Origin: Bacteroidota bacterium
Lineage (GTDB): Bacteria; Bacteroidota; Bacteroidia; AKYH767-A; 2013-40CM-41-45
Length of the DNA: 64,000 nucleotides
Direction: 5' to 3'
Assembly (NCBI GenBank): GCA_016720935.1
Contig: JADKJP010000007.1
Span: 329,293 to 393,292 of the forward strand
The notes under the pieces were generated by a model that searched no databases, was not told where the DNA came from, and worked only from the letters and a program-made list of their open reading frames with translations. Position 1 is the stretch's first letter. Every line of letters begins with the position of its first letter. The translations under genes were made by a program, and so were the position numbers. This document shows, in pieces, positions 38,001 through 47,136 of this stretch.

Positions 38001-39800
38001 GTGGGATGGGTTTTGAGTTGCAGCAGTGTTACTGCCACTGGCAGGATCACCGAAGTTCCATGACCATGCTGAGAATGGACCACCGGAAGAAGCATCCGTA
38101 AAACTCATAGCAGTGCCCTGACACACATTCACTGAGTTGAATGCAGCGGATGGAATGTTTGTATTGACTGTAAGTTGCTGAGTGATTGTATCGCTGCAAC
38201 CTGTAGCAGTATTCACAATCAAGGTCACAGTGTAAGTACCATTCGCTGCATATTGATGCGTAGGGTTCTGAGTATTGGCAGTTGCATTGTCGCCAAAATT
38301 CCAGTTCCACTGGGAAATGACTGCTCCCCCACCCACTGCCGATTGATCTGTAAATTGTATAGGTGTTCCACTGCAATTATTGGAGAAAGTGAAGGCAGCC
38401 GCAGGAACTCCTGCACCCGGAAGAACTCTTACTGTATCAGTATTTTCACAGTTGTTTACATTGTCTTTAACATGCAGATAATAGGTACCAACACCGACAT
38501 TTGTGAGTTGCTGGCCAACAGTATTACTCGGCAACCATGTATAGGTGTAATTTCCACTTCCACCTGTTGCTGTTCCGTTCAAAGTCGTTGTTGTATTACA
38601 GGATATGGTTTGATCGACTCCCGCATCCGGTGCCACACCAATTACTGTGAAACAATACGAGAAAATCTGAATGCCCTGGTACGGGCATCTGTCATCACTT
38701 ACAGTAGCTGTAAAGCAATGCGCAGATGGACTAATATCCGACGAAGCAGGAGTCCATGAAAAGAATGCTGAGTCTCTCTTTGAACCTGTTACGGTAAATG
38801 TTGCTCCTGCTATAGATTGATCCCAGGTGATGGATGTTGTATCTGCACGATTAGTATCAATTGAAGCAACGTAAAATGAAAATGGTTGTCCGGCACAAAT
38901 GGTTCTTGAGAAGGAAGGTGCTCCATTAATACCGGTAAGGAATGGTAGATAATTGTTACAGTTATTCACCGTCAATTGAATGTCACGTTCTACCTGTCCG
39001 ATCAAAACACCATTTCTGTATTCATTCACGAGCACCGCGAAAACTGTTACATCAGTTTGTGTTGGTGTCATACAAATATCACCGGTAGAGGTATTGAATT
39101 GAACAGCAGGACTTGAAAGAATCGGTTGTGTATTTGAATATCCCGGCAAATATGTTACAGTTGTATTCTGAGCTGTAAGCGGAGTGATCAATTGATATGC
39201 GATAGAATCTCCATCCAGGTCAAAGGCACCATGATTAAAACAAAAACGTTGACCTACACAAGCGAATGGAACAGGGCGGTTACTAAAGATCGGTGAGTTG
39301 TTTGTAAGTCCGTTTGTGTTGTTGAGCTGAGTATAAACATAGAGAATATCACTTCCTGCTCCGGTTATCGTGGTAATTGCGGCATTACGTGCACTTTCGC
39401 CATGACTGAATGACCAGTCGGCACATGGCCCGGGCAAAGTAACCAGACCCTGGTAAATCCATTCCTCAATCCCGGTATACGATCCACCATTGCAAGTCGA
39501 CAATTCAGTCGGACATACAGGTGAAATTTGTGTAGGACTAGATGGAAGCGGATTCAAATTGATTGTTTGAGCAGGGTATGCACAGGAGCTGTTTATTCCA
39601 AGATCGATAAATGTGGGAGCAGGAATACCACTACAATCCCGGTAAAAAGAAAAAGTCACCAGGTATTGATTCGGACCAACATATTCGTAAGTGATGTCCG
39701 CACCCATAGCGTGACTTGCTTTTGCTTCCGGACTGCAAAAAAGCATACACATCATGAACGAAAAAATGACGGCTAAGCTGTGAAGTTGTGTTCTGTTCAT
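35064..39800 (-). CDS. Giant secreted cell-surface protein (1578 aa) with about 10 PKD/Ig-like repeats and the gliding-motility-associated C-terminal domain (T9SS type-B CTD); putative adhesin
   Basis: The signal peptide is MNRTQLHSLAVIFSFMMCMLFCSPEAKA. Many ~85-aa repeats carry the PKD signatures W(N/D)FGDG...NP.H.Y...G.Y.V.L. The C-terminus IYIPTAFTPNNDTKNDVF...YDRWGLKIYEW...GWDGK matches the CHU_C / TIGR04131 domain. Confidence 0.85.
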   Translation of the reverse strand: MNRTQLHSLAVIFSFMMCMLFCSPEAKASHAMGADITYEYVGPNQYLVTFSFYRDCSGIPAPTFIDLGINSSCAYPAQTINLNPLPSSPTQISPVCPTELSTCNGGSYTGIEEWIYQGLVTLPGPCADWSFSHGESARNAAITTITGAGSDILYVYTQLNNTNGLTNNSPIFSNRPVPFACVGQRFCFNHGAFDLDGDSIAYQLITPLTAQNTTVTYLPGYSNTQPILSSPAVQFNTSTGDICMTPTQTDVTVFAVLVNEYRNGVLIGQVERDIQLTVNNCNNYLPFLTGINGAPSFSRTICAGQPFSFYVASIDTNRADTTSITWDQSIAGATFTVTGSKRDSAFFSWTPASSDISPSAHCFTATVSDDRCPYQGIQIFSYCFTVIGVAPDAGVDQTISCNTTTTLNGTATGGSGNYTYTWLPSNTVGQQLTNVGVGTYYLHVKDNVNNCENTDTVRVLPGAGVPAAAFTFSNNCSGTPIQFTDQSAVGGGAVISQWNWNFGDNATANTQNPTHQYAANGTYTVTLIVNTATGCSDTITQQLTVNTNIPSAAFNSVNVCQGTAMSFTDASSGGPFSAWSWNFGDPASGSNTAATQNPSHSFSAPGTFTVTLDVTNSAGCQNQIQHDVTVYANPTVSVANQQICVGAQATLTAPNGFSSYNWTPGGASQSINVSPATTTTYTITVTDNHSCQGSNTVQVIVDPLPVANAGAAQTVCQGTAVTLTGSGGASYVWNPGNISTQNANVTPASTTTYTLTVTSAGGCTDADQVVITVNPMPTVDAGNGLSVCKGGSVTLAASTGAGNYLWVPGNFNTSSISVTPSLTTTYTVTVSDAIGCSGNDTVTVVVNPIPVASFINSGPVCLGNVINFTDGSAVTTGAISSWNWSFDNGQNSAQQNPSVTYAGSGNFSVQLIVASDAGCKDTTLNVVRVNPLPVANAGNNASICPGFNTTLSGAGGSQYVWNPGNLLSQNITVSPAATTTYTLEVTDANGCRSTDVVDVVVNPVPVAYAGTDQDICIGESTTLFASGGSSYLWTPGNVNSSSMNVNPNAAVTYNVLVTNSFGCQDNDQVIVNVNPLPVASFTSTGAVCQFNNVTFTDHSTAGTGTVTSWAWDFGNNVSSSAQNPVVPYNTPGNYTVSMIVTSAAGCKDTVTQPLNIWAKPVASYSQTDVCFGNPISFTNASSISDATPLAYSWNLGDNTLSSNATPTHQYSSYGSYQASLLVTSVHGCVDSLSRTVNVFALPDAAFSTSAVCEDNAANFTDGSSIPDGNISSWYWTFGDGNTGADPSPNHTYVDAGVYPIHMLITSNHGCQDSTDGVIRVIPKPVVDFQTLNVCFGVTTQMTDLSFPITGNITQYQWAFGDGQATTDQNPEHLYGAPGWYQVSLTATTDSGCSTTLVRPNAVNIYQGPVSTFISDASHASDIYPLVNFVNETTSPGFYYWSFGDGETSTEYSPAHQYPDIGVYDIQLVTVDYNGCVDTTVSRLEIRPSSTIYIPTAFTPNNDTKNDVFHVYSYNIVEMKAAIYDRWGLKIYEWDNVSGGWDGKVDGNPVQSDTYVYRVSTVDVNNKRDVLIGHVSVVR

Positions 39801-39969
39801 AGAGCTTAAATTAAATAAGGATTGATTGATAATAATGACAATTAATCCGGGTACCCCCCTTTATCCGGTACTGGGGTAAAAATAACGAAAAAAGCTTCTA
39901 ATTACCAATGTTTTAACACTCCGGCGAAGCCATAGTTTTCAACAATTTCAAATAATTGGACGAACACCA

Positions 39970-41163
39970 CTATTTGATGGGTGAATGAAGTTTGTCAACT
40001 GGTATAAATACCAGGAAATACAGAATAATCAGGACCGTTCCAACCGCTGAATAAAGAATTGAAAATGAAGGAGAAATATACATCCAGAGAAACCCGGTCA
40101 GGAGACTTGATCCCAGGGAAATAATACTGGATAAACTTTTATAAAATCCTAGTGCTGTACCCCTGTCGGCCTTGAGACATTCACGCGATAGCCATGCTTT
40201 CGTAACCCCATCGGTCAAGGCTCCAAACAAACCATAAATTGCGAACATCACATACAACATCCAGGATTCAGTCATCTGACTAAAGCCAAAATATGCGATT
40301 GAAAAGAAGGCCAAACCAAGAACTACAGTATTACGCATTCCAAACTTATCAGCAAAAAGTCCAGCGGGATAAGCAAGCAAAGCAAATACAAGATTGTACA
40401 AAACATATGCGAGAATCAAATCCTCATCACCAATTCCTTTGAGATGTGATATGAGAAAAAGAAAAGAATCAGAACTGTTCAACACTGCGAAAGCGAGTAA
40501 TCCCAAAACAATTTTTCGATATCCGGAAGATGAAATTTTCCAATACTTGAAATATGAAAAAAATCCGGGACGTGGACTATCAGAAATTTTCTGTTTCTTT
40601 TTTTCATGAATAAAAAGAGTTGCCCCTGCTCCAATTATTCCCGGAATGAAAGCAAGCCAGAAAAGAAATCTGTAATCACCAGGATGTACAGCCAGGTAAG
40701 CGATCGCGATCAAAGGACCAATAGCAGCCCCAAGGGTATCCATGGCCCTGTGGAAACCAAATATTTTTCCTCTGTCCTTTTCTTCCGATTCATCTGCCAG
40801 TAATGCATCCCGTGCACTTGTCCTGATACCCTTTCCCAATCGCTCTGAGACTCTGGAAAAGAAAATCCATCCAATTGAATTCCATAAGATCATCATCGGT
40901 TTTGCAAAGGCACTGAGAAAATATCCTATTCTCACAAAAGGCATCCGGGCTCCTGTTCTGTCTGATAATTTCCCGAAATAACCAGTCGACAATCCAATCA
41001 TCAGTTGCGCGAAGCCTTCCAGAAAACCAATCCACACTGCAGAAAAACCAACCGATTGCAAATACAATGGCATTACCGGGTACAACATTTCACTGGAGAT
41101 GTCAGTGAATAAACTGACAAATGAAAGCAACAAAACAACCCGTGAAAATGCGCGTAGTTTCAT
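39970..41163 (-). CDS. MFS transporter (12 TM)
   Basis: 397 aa and hydrophobic, with a D-R-x-G-x-R-like loop (KLSDRTGARMPF) between TM2 and TM3. The substrate cannot be told from the sequence. Confidence 0.7.
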   Translation of the reverse strand: MKLRAFSRVVLLLSFVSLFTDISSEMLYPVMPLYLQSVGFSAVWIGFLEGFAQLMIGLSTGYFGKLSDRTGARMPFVRIGYFLSAFAKPMMILWNSIGWIFFSRVSERLGKGIRTSARDALLADESEEKDRGKIFGFHRAMDTLGAAIGPLIAIAYLAVHPGDYRFLFWLAFIPGIIGAGATLFIHEKKKQKISDSPRPGFFSYFKYWKISSSGYRKIVLGLLAFAVLNSSDSFLFLISHLKGIGDEDLILAYVLYNLVFALLAYPAGLFADKFGMRNTVVLGLAFFSIAYFGFSQMTESWMLYVMFAIYGLFGALTDGVTKAWLSRECLKADRGTALGFYKSLSSIISLGSSLLTGFLWMYISPSFSILYSAVGTVLIILYFLVFIPVDKLHSPIK

Positions 41164-41175
41164 AATCAGGAATTG

Positions 41176-42834
41176 TTATTTCAACACTTCCAGAATAGGA
41201 TGACCGGTGCAACCACTCGGAGATTCAATATTCAGCATCGTGCAAATTGTAGGCGCGATGTCAACAATATTCACTTCACGTGCTGTGGATCCGGCAGTAA
41301 TTCCCGTGCCATAAAATATCACCGGTACATGAGTATCGTAGTGATAAAATGAACCATGTGAAGTTCCTGTTTTGGTGTACCAATCCAACCAGCCCGGTTT
41401 CAATTGTATACTCACATCGGAAGAACGCTGTTGATTGAATCCATTTTGAACCAGCATTTTTAAGCCTTCTCGACAAAGTCCTTTTGACAGTTCACTTGCA
41501 GTTAAACTCTCAGAAACACCATCAAAATGCAACACAAAATCCGCGCACTTTTGTTGAATTTCTTCAAGGTTGAATTTTCTTTTTTCAATTTGTTCTCTGT
41601 TCAAATAAATATTGTGAGATGAAGCTGAAAGTACAAGATTAGTATCCTTGTAAAGCGTATTCAGATACAGTTTGAGTGAATCGGAAATACTGTTATCCTG
41701 AATATTACCTGCAGGAATTCTGGAGTCCTGGTTAAATTCAGGATTGTTCACGGCTCCATGATCCGCAGTGAGAAACAAAATGTAGTTGCCATTTCCAATC
41801 CTTGTATCCAAAGTTTTCAGGAATGCTGCAATTTCCAGATCAAGACGCAAATAAGTGTCTTCCATTTCAATCGCGTTAATTCCATACATGTGTCCGATAT
41901 AATCCGTAGAAGAAAAGCTTACGGCAAGAAAATCTGTAGTACCGTTTTTTCCCAACTGCTCCCCTTCCAAAGCTGCTTCAGCGAACAATCGTGTATACGT
42001 ATTTCCGGAAGGAACCTTGCGGATCAATTCAGATTCTGCAGCTTTTAATGCAGGAAGATTATGAGGGAAAACAGGTTTTGTTTCCCCTTTGTACAATCCT
42101 TCGTATTCATTATCATCAGCCGAACTTTCAGTGTATTCAGTAATTGGCAAGAGTGTTGTCCATGGATTTGTGAGAAGAGAGTCCACCACTTTTCGATTGT
42201 TGAAGCGAACTGCCCATTCAGGAAGTTCCTTCATGTAATACGTGCTGCTCACCCAATTATTTGAATACGGATCATGCCAGTACGCAGCATTGGCAGTATG
42301 GCCTGCAGGTAAAATCGCGCCTCTGTCCTTTAGCGAAATCCCAATCACTTTTGATTTGAAATTGGTGGCCAGACGGAGTTCGTCAGTCATTGTTGTACTC
42401 AATAATTGTTTTGGTGACATTTTTCCGGAAATAGATGTTGTTCCAACCGGCTTCATAGTCGTATCACTTACGCAATAAACACTACTCTGTGCAGAACGAT
42501 CATACCATTCATTGGAAATAATTCCGTTTACAGATGGCGTTGCTCCTGTATAAATGCATGCATGTCCTGGTGCCGTGTAGGTTGGTACATAATTGAAATT
42601 GGCATTCTTGCAGAGAAAACCATCGTTGAGCAAACGTTTGAATCCATTATCGTCATAATGCTTCCAATAACGAAACAAATAATCATAACGCATCTGATCT
42701 ACGACAATTCCGACAACCAGTGCAGGCCGCTGTGCAAAAACTTTATAGGTATTTTCAGTCGTCTTGTTTCTTTGTGCTATGGTAATTAATGTGAAACACA
42801 TCAAAACCATTGTTAATTTTAGCTTTAACTTCAT
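41176..42834 (-). CDS. pafA: Alkaline phosphatase PafA-like (alkaline-phosphatase superfamily / nucleotide pyrophosphatase-type phosphoesterase), secreted
   Basis: The signal peptide is followed by the metal-binding region VVGIVVDQMRYDY (PafA has V.DQ.R.DY). There is an AP-superfamily core with a Thr nucleophile context (PTYTAPGHA) and later HGS/HYD metal ligands. The size is ~550 aa. Confidence 0.65.
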   Translation of the reverse strand: MKLKLKLTMVLMCFTLITIAQRNKTTENTYKVFAQRPALVVGIVVDQMRYDYLFRYWKHYDDNGFKRLLNDGFLCKNANFNYVPTYTAPGHACIYTGATPSVNGIISNEWYDRSAQSSVYCVSDTTMKPVGTTSISGKMSPKQLLSTTMTDELRLATNFKSKVIGISLKDRGAILPAGHTANAAYWHDPYSNNWVSSTYYMKELPEWAVRFNNRKVVDSLLTNPWTTLLPITEYTESSADDNEYEGLYKGETKPVFPHNLPALKAAESELIRKVPSGNTYTRLFAEAALEGEQLGKNGTTDFLAVSFSSTDYIGHMYGINAIEMEDTYLRLDLEIAAFLKTLDTRIGNGNYILFLTADHGAVNNPEFNQDSRIPAGNIQDNSISDSLKLYLNTLYKDTNLVLSASSHNIYLNREQIEKRKFNLEEIQQKCADFVLHFDGVSESLTASELSKGLCREGLKMLVQNGFNQQRSSDVSIQLKPGWLDWYTKTGTSHGSFYHYDTHVPVIFYGTGITAGSTAREVNIVDIAPTICTMLNIESPSGCTGHPILEVLK

Positions 42835-42847
42835 ATGATCAATTCAA

Positions 42848-43453
42848 TTAAGGACGATGACGATGATTGGTTGAGTGCTTTTTGGAAGGAAGGTAATTTA
42901 AATCAATATACCTGTACGTTTTTGCTGTCGCAACTCCAAGGATGACTCCCAGCAAAGCACCGCAAATGATATCACCCGGATAATGGACACCCAGATAAAT
43001 TCGGCTGAAAGATACTACGGAAGCCCAGATAATCATCACTCTCTGTAAGCGCTGATGTCTTCCCCGGAAGAAATAGATCAGAAAGGCTGTTAAGCCAAAT
43101 ACATTCGCGGCATGAGAGGAAACGAAACCATACATCCCACCGCAGTATCCATTTACAAGGTGAACTTCACTCCCGATCATCGGATCATGACAAGGCCTGA
43201 GGCGCATGACGGTATTTTTTATTAGAGAAGAAGAAATCTGATCGCTCAGCACGATCAGGACGCCAATAGCAATCAAGACAGAAAAAAAACGGTGAGGATA
43301 CCTTTTATAAATAAACCAGGCCAGGAAAACATAGAATGGTACCCAAAGCCACTTGTAACTGATCCAGAAAAAAATGAAATCCAGCACCGGATTGTTCAGG
43401 TGATTGAAGAAAAGCAACAATGCCGCATCAATGCTTTGCAGTTTTTCAAACAT
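42848..43453 (-). CDS. PAP2-family (type 2 phosphatidic acid phosphatase-like) membrane phosphatase
   Basis: The three PAP2 motifs are present: KxxxxxxRP (KNTVMRLRP), PSGH-like (SSHAANVFG) and SRxxxxxHxxxD (SRIYLGVHYPGD). Confidence 0.8.
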   Translation of the reverse strand: MFEKLQSIDAALLLFFNHLNNPVLDFIFFWISYKWLWVPFYVFLAWFIYKRYPHRFFSVLIAIGVLIVLSDQISSSLIKNTVMRLRPCHDPMIGSEVHLVNGYCGGMYGFVSSHAANVFGLTAFLIYFFRGRHQRLQRVMIIWASVVSFSRIYLGVHYPGDIICGALLGVILGVATAKTYRYIDLNYLPSKKHSTNHRHRP

Positions 43454-43460
43454 GTCAGGA

Positions 43461-44453
43461 TCATTTATTCAGTTCAGCCCACAACATATCTTTCAATTCC
43501 TCTATTCCCATTTGCGCGACTGATGAAATGAACACAGTTTTGATATCCTTCGGAAGATCCTTTTGCATTTCTTTGATCAGTTCAGCATCGAGCATATCAC
43601 ATTTTGTGATTGCAAGGACTCTGGATTTATCAAGCAATTCCGGATTGTATTGCTTCAATTCATTCAGCAAAATTGCATAATCTGCTTTGATGTCTTTGCT
43701 ATCACAGGGGATCATGAAAAGCAGAATACTGTTCCTCTCGATGTGTCTGAGAAACCTTAAACCGATTCCTTTTCCCAAATGTGCGCCTTCAATAATTCCG
43801 GGAATGTCAGCCATCACAAAAGACTTTCCATTCCGATAAGAAACAATACCAAGATTGGGAACAAGAGTAGTAAAAGGATAATCCGCTATTTCAGGTTTAG
43901 CCGCGCTCACGACTGATAACAAAGTGGACTTACCAGCATTTGGAAACCCGACCAGACCAACATCCGCAAGAATTTTTAATTCAAGAACTTTCCATTCTTC
44001 GAGTCCGGATTCTCCGGGCTGAGCAAAACGTGGTGCTTGTAAAGTAGCAGATTTAAAATGATTATTTCCCTTTCCTCCTCTTCCACCCGGAACGATGATC
44101 TTTTCTTCACCGTCTTCCGTAATTTCAAATATCACCTCCCCGCTTTCCGCGTCGCGGGCAACAGTACCGACAGGAACTTCCAGTATTTCATCTTTGCCAT
44201 CTTTGCCTGTACGCAAAGCACCTTCTCCATTTCCACCCGGTTCCGCGATCACATGTTTGCGGTATTTCAGGTGAAGCAATGTCCACAGTTGCTTGTTACC
44301 TTTCAGAATAATATGACCGCCTCTTCCACCATCTCCTCCATCCGGTCCGCCTTTGGCGGTATAGCGGTCACGGTGAAAATGCGCTGAACCCGCACCACCT
44401 GCGCCACTGCGACAACAAATTTTTACATAATCGACAAAATTGGACGAGGCCAT
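43461..44453 (-). CDS. obg: GTPase Obg/CgtA
   Basis: The N-terminal Gly-rich Obg fold ([24 protein letters not shown]) is followed by a G-domain with GxxNAGKST and DIPGIIEGA. Confidence 0.95.
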   Translation of the reverse strand: MASSNFVDYVKICCRSGAGGAGSAHFHRDRYTAKGGPDGGDGGRGGHIILKGNKQLWTLLHLKYRKHVIAEPGGNGEGALRTGKDGKDEILEVPVGTVARDAESGEVIFEITEDGEEKIIVPGGRGGKGNNHFKSATLQAPRFAQPGESGLEEWKVLELKILADVGLVGFPNAGKSTLLSVVSAAKPEIADYPFTTLVPNLGIVSYRNGKSFVMADIPGIIEGAHLGKGIGLRFLRHIERNSILLFMIPCDSKDIKADYAILLNELKQYNPELLDKSRVLAITKCDMLDAELIKEMQKDLPKDIKTVFISSVAQMGIEELKDMLWAELNK

Positions 44454-44552
44454 TTTTCTTCTTCCTTCAATTTTACTAATGATAAAAGAGTTCCACTTTA
44501 ATCAAAGTGGATCGTACTAATTAAGTATTCAATAAAAACCGAAGCCGGAAAA

Positions 44553-45122
44553 TTATTTATCGATTTCAGAACACAATTTTGAAAAAATCTCATCGATACT
44601 TCCCACTCCGGGAATGCCTCGGTATTTATTCTGATTGGTATAATAGTCTTTCAGAGGAGCAGTTTTAGAATTGTATTCATTAATCCGTTTACGAATGACT
44701 TCTTCATTCTGATCATCCGGCCGGCCTGAATCTTTCCCTCTGTTCAATAATCGTTTGATCAATTCTTCATCTTCCACTTCCAGCGACAACATCATGTTGA
44801 TGGATGTATTTTTTGAAGCAAGCATTTTATCGAGCGCTTGAGCTTGCGCAGTAGTTCTTGGAAAACCGTCAAAGATGAAGCCTTTCGCCGAAGCATTGGA
44901 ATCAATCTTTCCTTCAATCATTCCGATGACCACAGCATCCGGAACAAGTAAACCCTGATCCATCAATTTTTTCGCTTCCAGTCCAAGCGTGGTTTGACCC
45001 GCTACTTCGCTTCGAAGGATATCACCTGTTGAAAGGTGAACAAGACTATAACGGGAAATCAGTTTTTCACTCTGTGTACCTTTTCCGGCGCCGGGAGGGC
45101 CGAAGAGAACGATATTCAGCAT
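44553..45122 (-). CDS. adk: Adenylate kinase
   Basis: The P-loop IVLFGPPGAGKGTQ is present. This is the short (no zinc lid) form, 189 aa. Confidence 0.95.
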   Translation of the reverse strand: MLNIVLFGPPGAGKGTQSEKLISRYSLVHLSTGDILRSEVAGQTTLGLEAKKLMDQGLLVPDAVVIGMIEGKIDSNASAKGFIFDGFPRTTAQAQALDKMLASKNTSINMMLSLEVEDEELIKRLLNRGKDSGRPDDQNEEVIRKRINEYNSKTAPLKDYYTNQNKYRGIPGVGSIDEIFSKLCSEIDK

Positions 45123-45292
45123 TTCAGGTCAGGATTATATTTCATTTTATACCGCTCATACATCAATTTTCGAAATTGGTTAAGCGGCATAACCAATTCT
45201 AATGCAGGTTATTCGTCTATATTATCGGAAACCTGCATAAGATTTGGTATACCTGCTTGTAAACTTCTGCAAACGGATGCAGCCGCAACTTG

Positions 45293-45829
45293 CTATTCAG
45301 ATAACTTATAAATATCTACATAATTTCTTCCCAATCCATCGTAATCCAATCCATACCCTACAAGGAAATCATTCGGAACTTCAAAACCACAATAATCCAC
45401 CTTAACATCGTGTTTCAATGCTTTGGGCTTTAATAACAAACTCGCGAAGCGCACATCTGCAGGAGCGTGTTTTCTTAATTCTTCGTATAAATATACTGCA
45501 GTATCTCCGGTATCTACGATATCTTCAAGCACCACAACATGACGATTTTTTAAATCTGTTGAAATGCCGACAACACTCTTTACTGTTCCTGTAGATTGTG
45601 TTCCTGAATAAGATGAAACGCGAATAAAACTGACTTCACAATCAATTGTGAGTCGTTTGAATAAATCCGCTGCAAAGAGAAATGCACCACTTAAAACGCA
45701 AACAAACACCGGGACTTTGTCCTTGTAATCAGAATTCATTTGGTTGGCCAACTCTTCAATTCTCTTCTGGATCTTCTCTGAAGGAATGTTAACCGTGAAA
45801 TTCTTGTCTTTTATGGTGATTTTTTGCAT
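45293..45829 (-). CDS. hpt: Hypoxanthine(-guanine) phosphoribosyltransferase
   Basis: The PRPP-binding motif VVVLEDIVDTGDT is present. I chose the start at the internal Met MQKITIK; the 35-aa extension in the ORF track looks non-coding. Confidence 0.85.
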   Translation of the reverse strand: MQKITIKDKNFTVNIPSEKIQKRIEELANQMNSDYKDKVPVFVCVLSGAFLFAADLFKRLTIDCEVSFIRVSSYSGTQSTGTVKSVVGISTDLKNRHVVVLEDIVDTGDTAVYLYEELRKHAPADVRFASLLLKPKALKHDVKVDYCGFEVPNDFLVGYGLDYDGLGRNYVDIYKLSE

Positions 45830-45941
45830 AAATTGAGGAACCAGCCGCAAAAGTAAGATTAATATGGGAGGAGTCAATTGAAATTCATGGATTTTTAAGG
45901 TTTTAGCAGGTGGCGGGGAATGAGTAATTTGCACCGAAATT

Positions 45942-47084
45942 ATGAGTAAAGCATTCTACGATACATTGCGTTTTGGCATACTTGGAGGCGGACAACTGGG
46001 TCGTATGCTCATCCAGAAAGCGACAGATTTCAATGTCACTAATGTGGTATTGGACCCTGATCCTGAGGCTCCTTGCCGCTATCTGGCTGATGAATTTGTT
46101 TGCGGTTCTTTCCAGGATTATGAAACCGTTCTTGCTTTCGGCCGAACAGTTGACCTGCTAACCATCGAAATCGAACATGTGAATGTGGAAGCCCTGGAGC
46201 AACTCGAAAAAGAAGGAATTGTAGTTTATCCACAATCCAGAGTAATCCGGTTGGTACAGGACAAAGGACTTCAGAAGATATTTTACCGGACTCATGGAAT
46301 CCCGACAGCTGAATTTCATCTCCTCGATTCAATTGAGCACATCGCGAAATATGCATCGCAATTCCCCTTTATTCAGAAATTGAGAAAGGGAGGATATGAT
46401 GGAAAGGGTGTCGTGAAACTCGAGAATAGCGGAGAAATTATAAAAGGTTTTGACGCACCGAGTATTCTCGAAAAATTAATCGATTTCGAAAAAGAAATTT
46501 CTGTGCTTGTCGCCAGGAATGCGCAAGGTGAATGCAAAGCTTTTCCGGTTGTAGAAATGGAATTTAACCCGGAAGCAAATCTCGTTGAATATCTTTTTTC
46601 TCCTGCTTCTATTTCTCCTCAACACGAACAAAAAGCGGAGGCAATCGCTCTGGAAGTTGCGCGATCCATACAACTTGTAGGATTGCTGGCCGTAGAAATG
46701 TTCCTGACCAAAAGCGGAGAAATTCTTGTCAACGAAATCGCTCCACGTCCACACAACAGTGGCCATCAAACCATAGAAGGCAATACTACCTCTCAATACG
46801 AACAACATTTGCGGGCTATCCTCGGTTTACCTCTTGGTTCCACCAACATCACCAAACCAAGTGTAATGGTCAACCTGCTCGGAGAAAAAGGATTCAACGG
46901 ACATGCAGTGTATGAAGGCTTAAAGGAAGCTCTCTCGATTGAAGGCGTGCATCTTCATTTGTATGGAAAAAAGATTACAAAACCATTTCGCAAAATGGGA
47001 CATGTAACTGTTACCGCGGATACACTGGAAGAAGCAAAATCAAAAGCGAAAAAAGTCAAAGACCTGATTCGCGTTATTGCCTGA
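45942..47084 (+). CDS. purK: N5-carboxyaminoimidazole ribonucleotide synthase (ATP-grasp)
   Basis: 380 aa. The N-terminus FGILGGGQLGRM and the ATP-grasp core place it in purK, immediately upstream of purE. Confidence 0.9.
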   Translation: MSKAFYDTLRFGILGGGQLGRMLIQKATDFNVTNVVLDPDPEAPCRYLADEFVCGSFQDYETVLAFGRTVDLLTIEIEHVNVEALEQLEKEGIVVYPQSRVIRLVQDKGLQKIFYRTHGIPTAEFHLLDSIEHIAKYASQFPFIQKLRKGGYDGKGVVKLENSGEIIKGFDAPSILEKLIDFEKEISVLVARNAQGECKAFPVVEMEFNPEANLVEYLFSPASISPQHEQKAEAIALEVARSIQLVGLLAVEMFLTKSGEILVNEIAPRPHNSGHQTIEGNTTSQYEQHLRAILGLPLGSTNITKPSVMVNLLGEKGFNGHAVYEGLKEALSIEGVHLHLYGKKITKPFRKMGHVTVTADTLEEAKSKAKKVKDLIRVIA

Positions 47085-47136
47085 TGAATTCAATCAACAT
47101 TTAATACAACCATTGACAAACAACCTCAACGCCATG

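Noticed and set aside
38175-38759. A 194-aa Cys/Arg-rich ORF on the plus strand inside the giant adhesin gene
   Set aside because: It lies antisense to a coding region whose PKD repeats are clearly conserved in the minus frame. The composition is an artefact of the repeated GC-rich codons. There is no start context or signal.
39851-39880. A C6 run (gtaCCCCCCt) upstream of the giant adhesin gene as a second phase-variation tract
   Set aside because: Six residues is within the normal range for stable homopolymers. Unlike the C10 tract at 19343-19352, it is too short to slip at an appreciable rate.
45123-45292. The sequence caggtcagg in the adk-hpt intergenic gap, reminiscent of the SRP (4.5S) RNA domain IV core
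   Set aside because: The remainder of the conserved SRP RNA helix (…GGUCCGGAAGGAAGCAGCC) is absent and no compensating stem is visible. This is likely a chance 9-mer. The local hairpin tgcaggtt...aacctgca is more likely part of the adk promoter or the hpt terminator.
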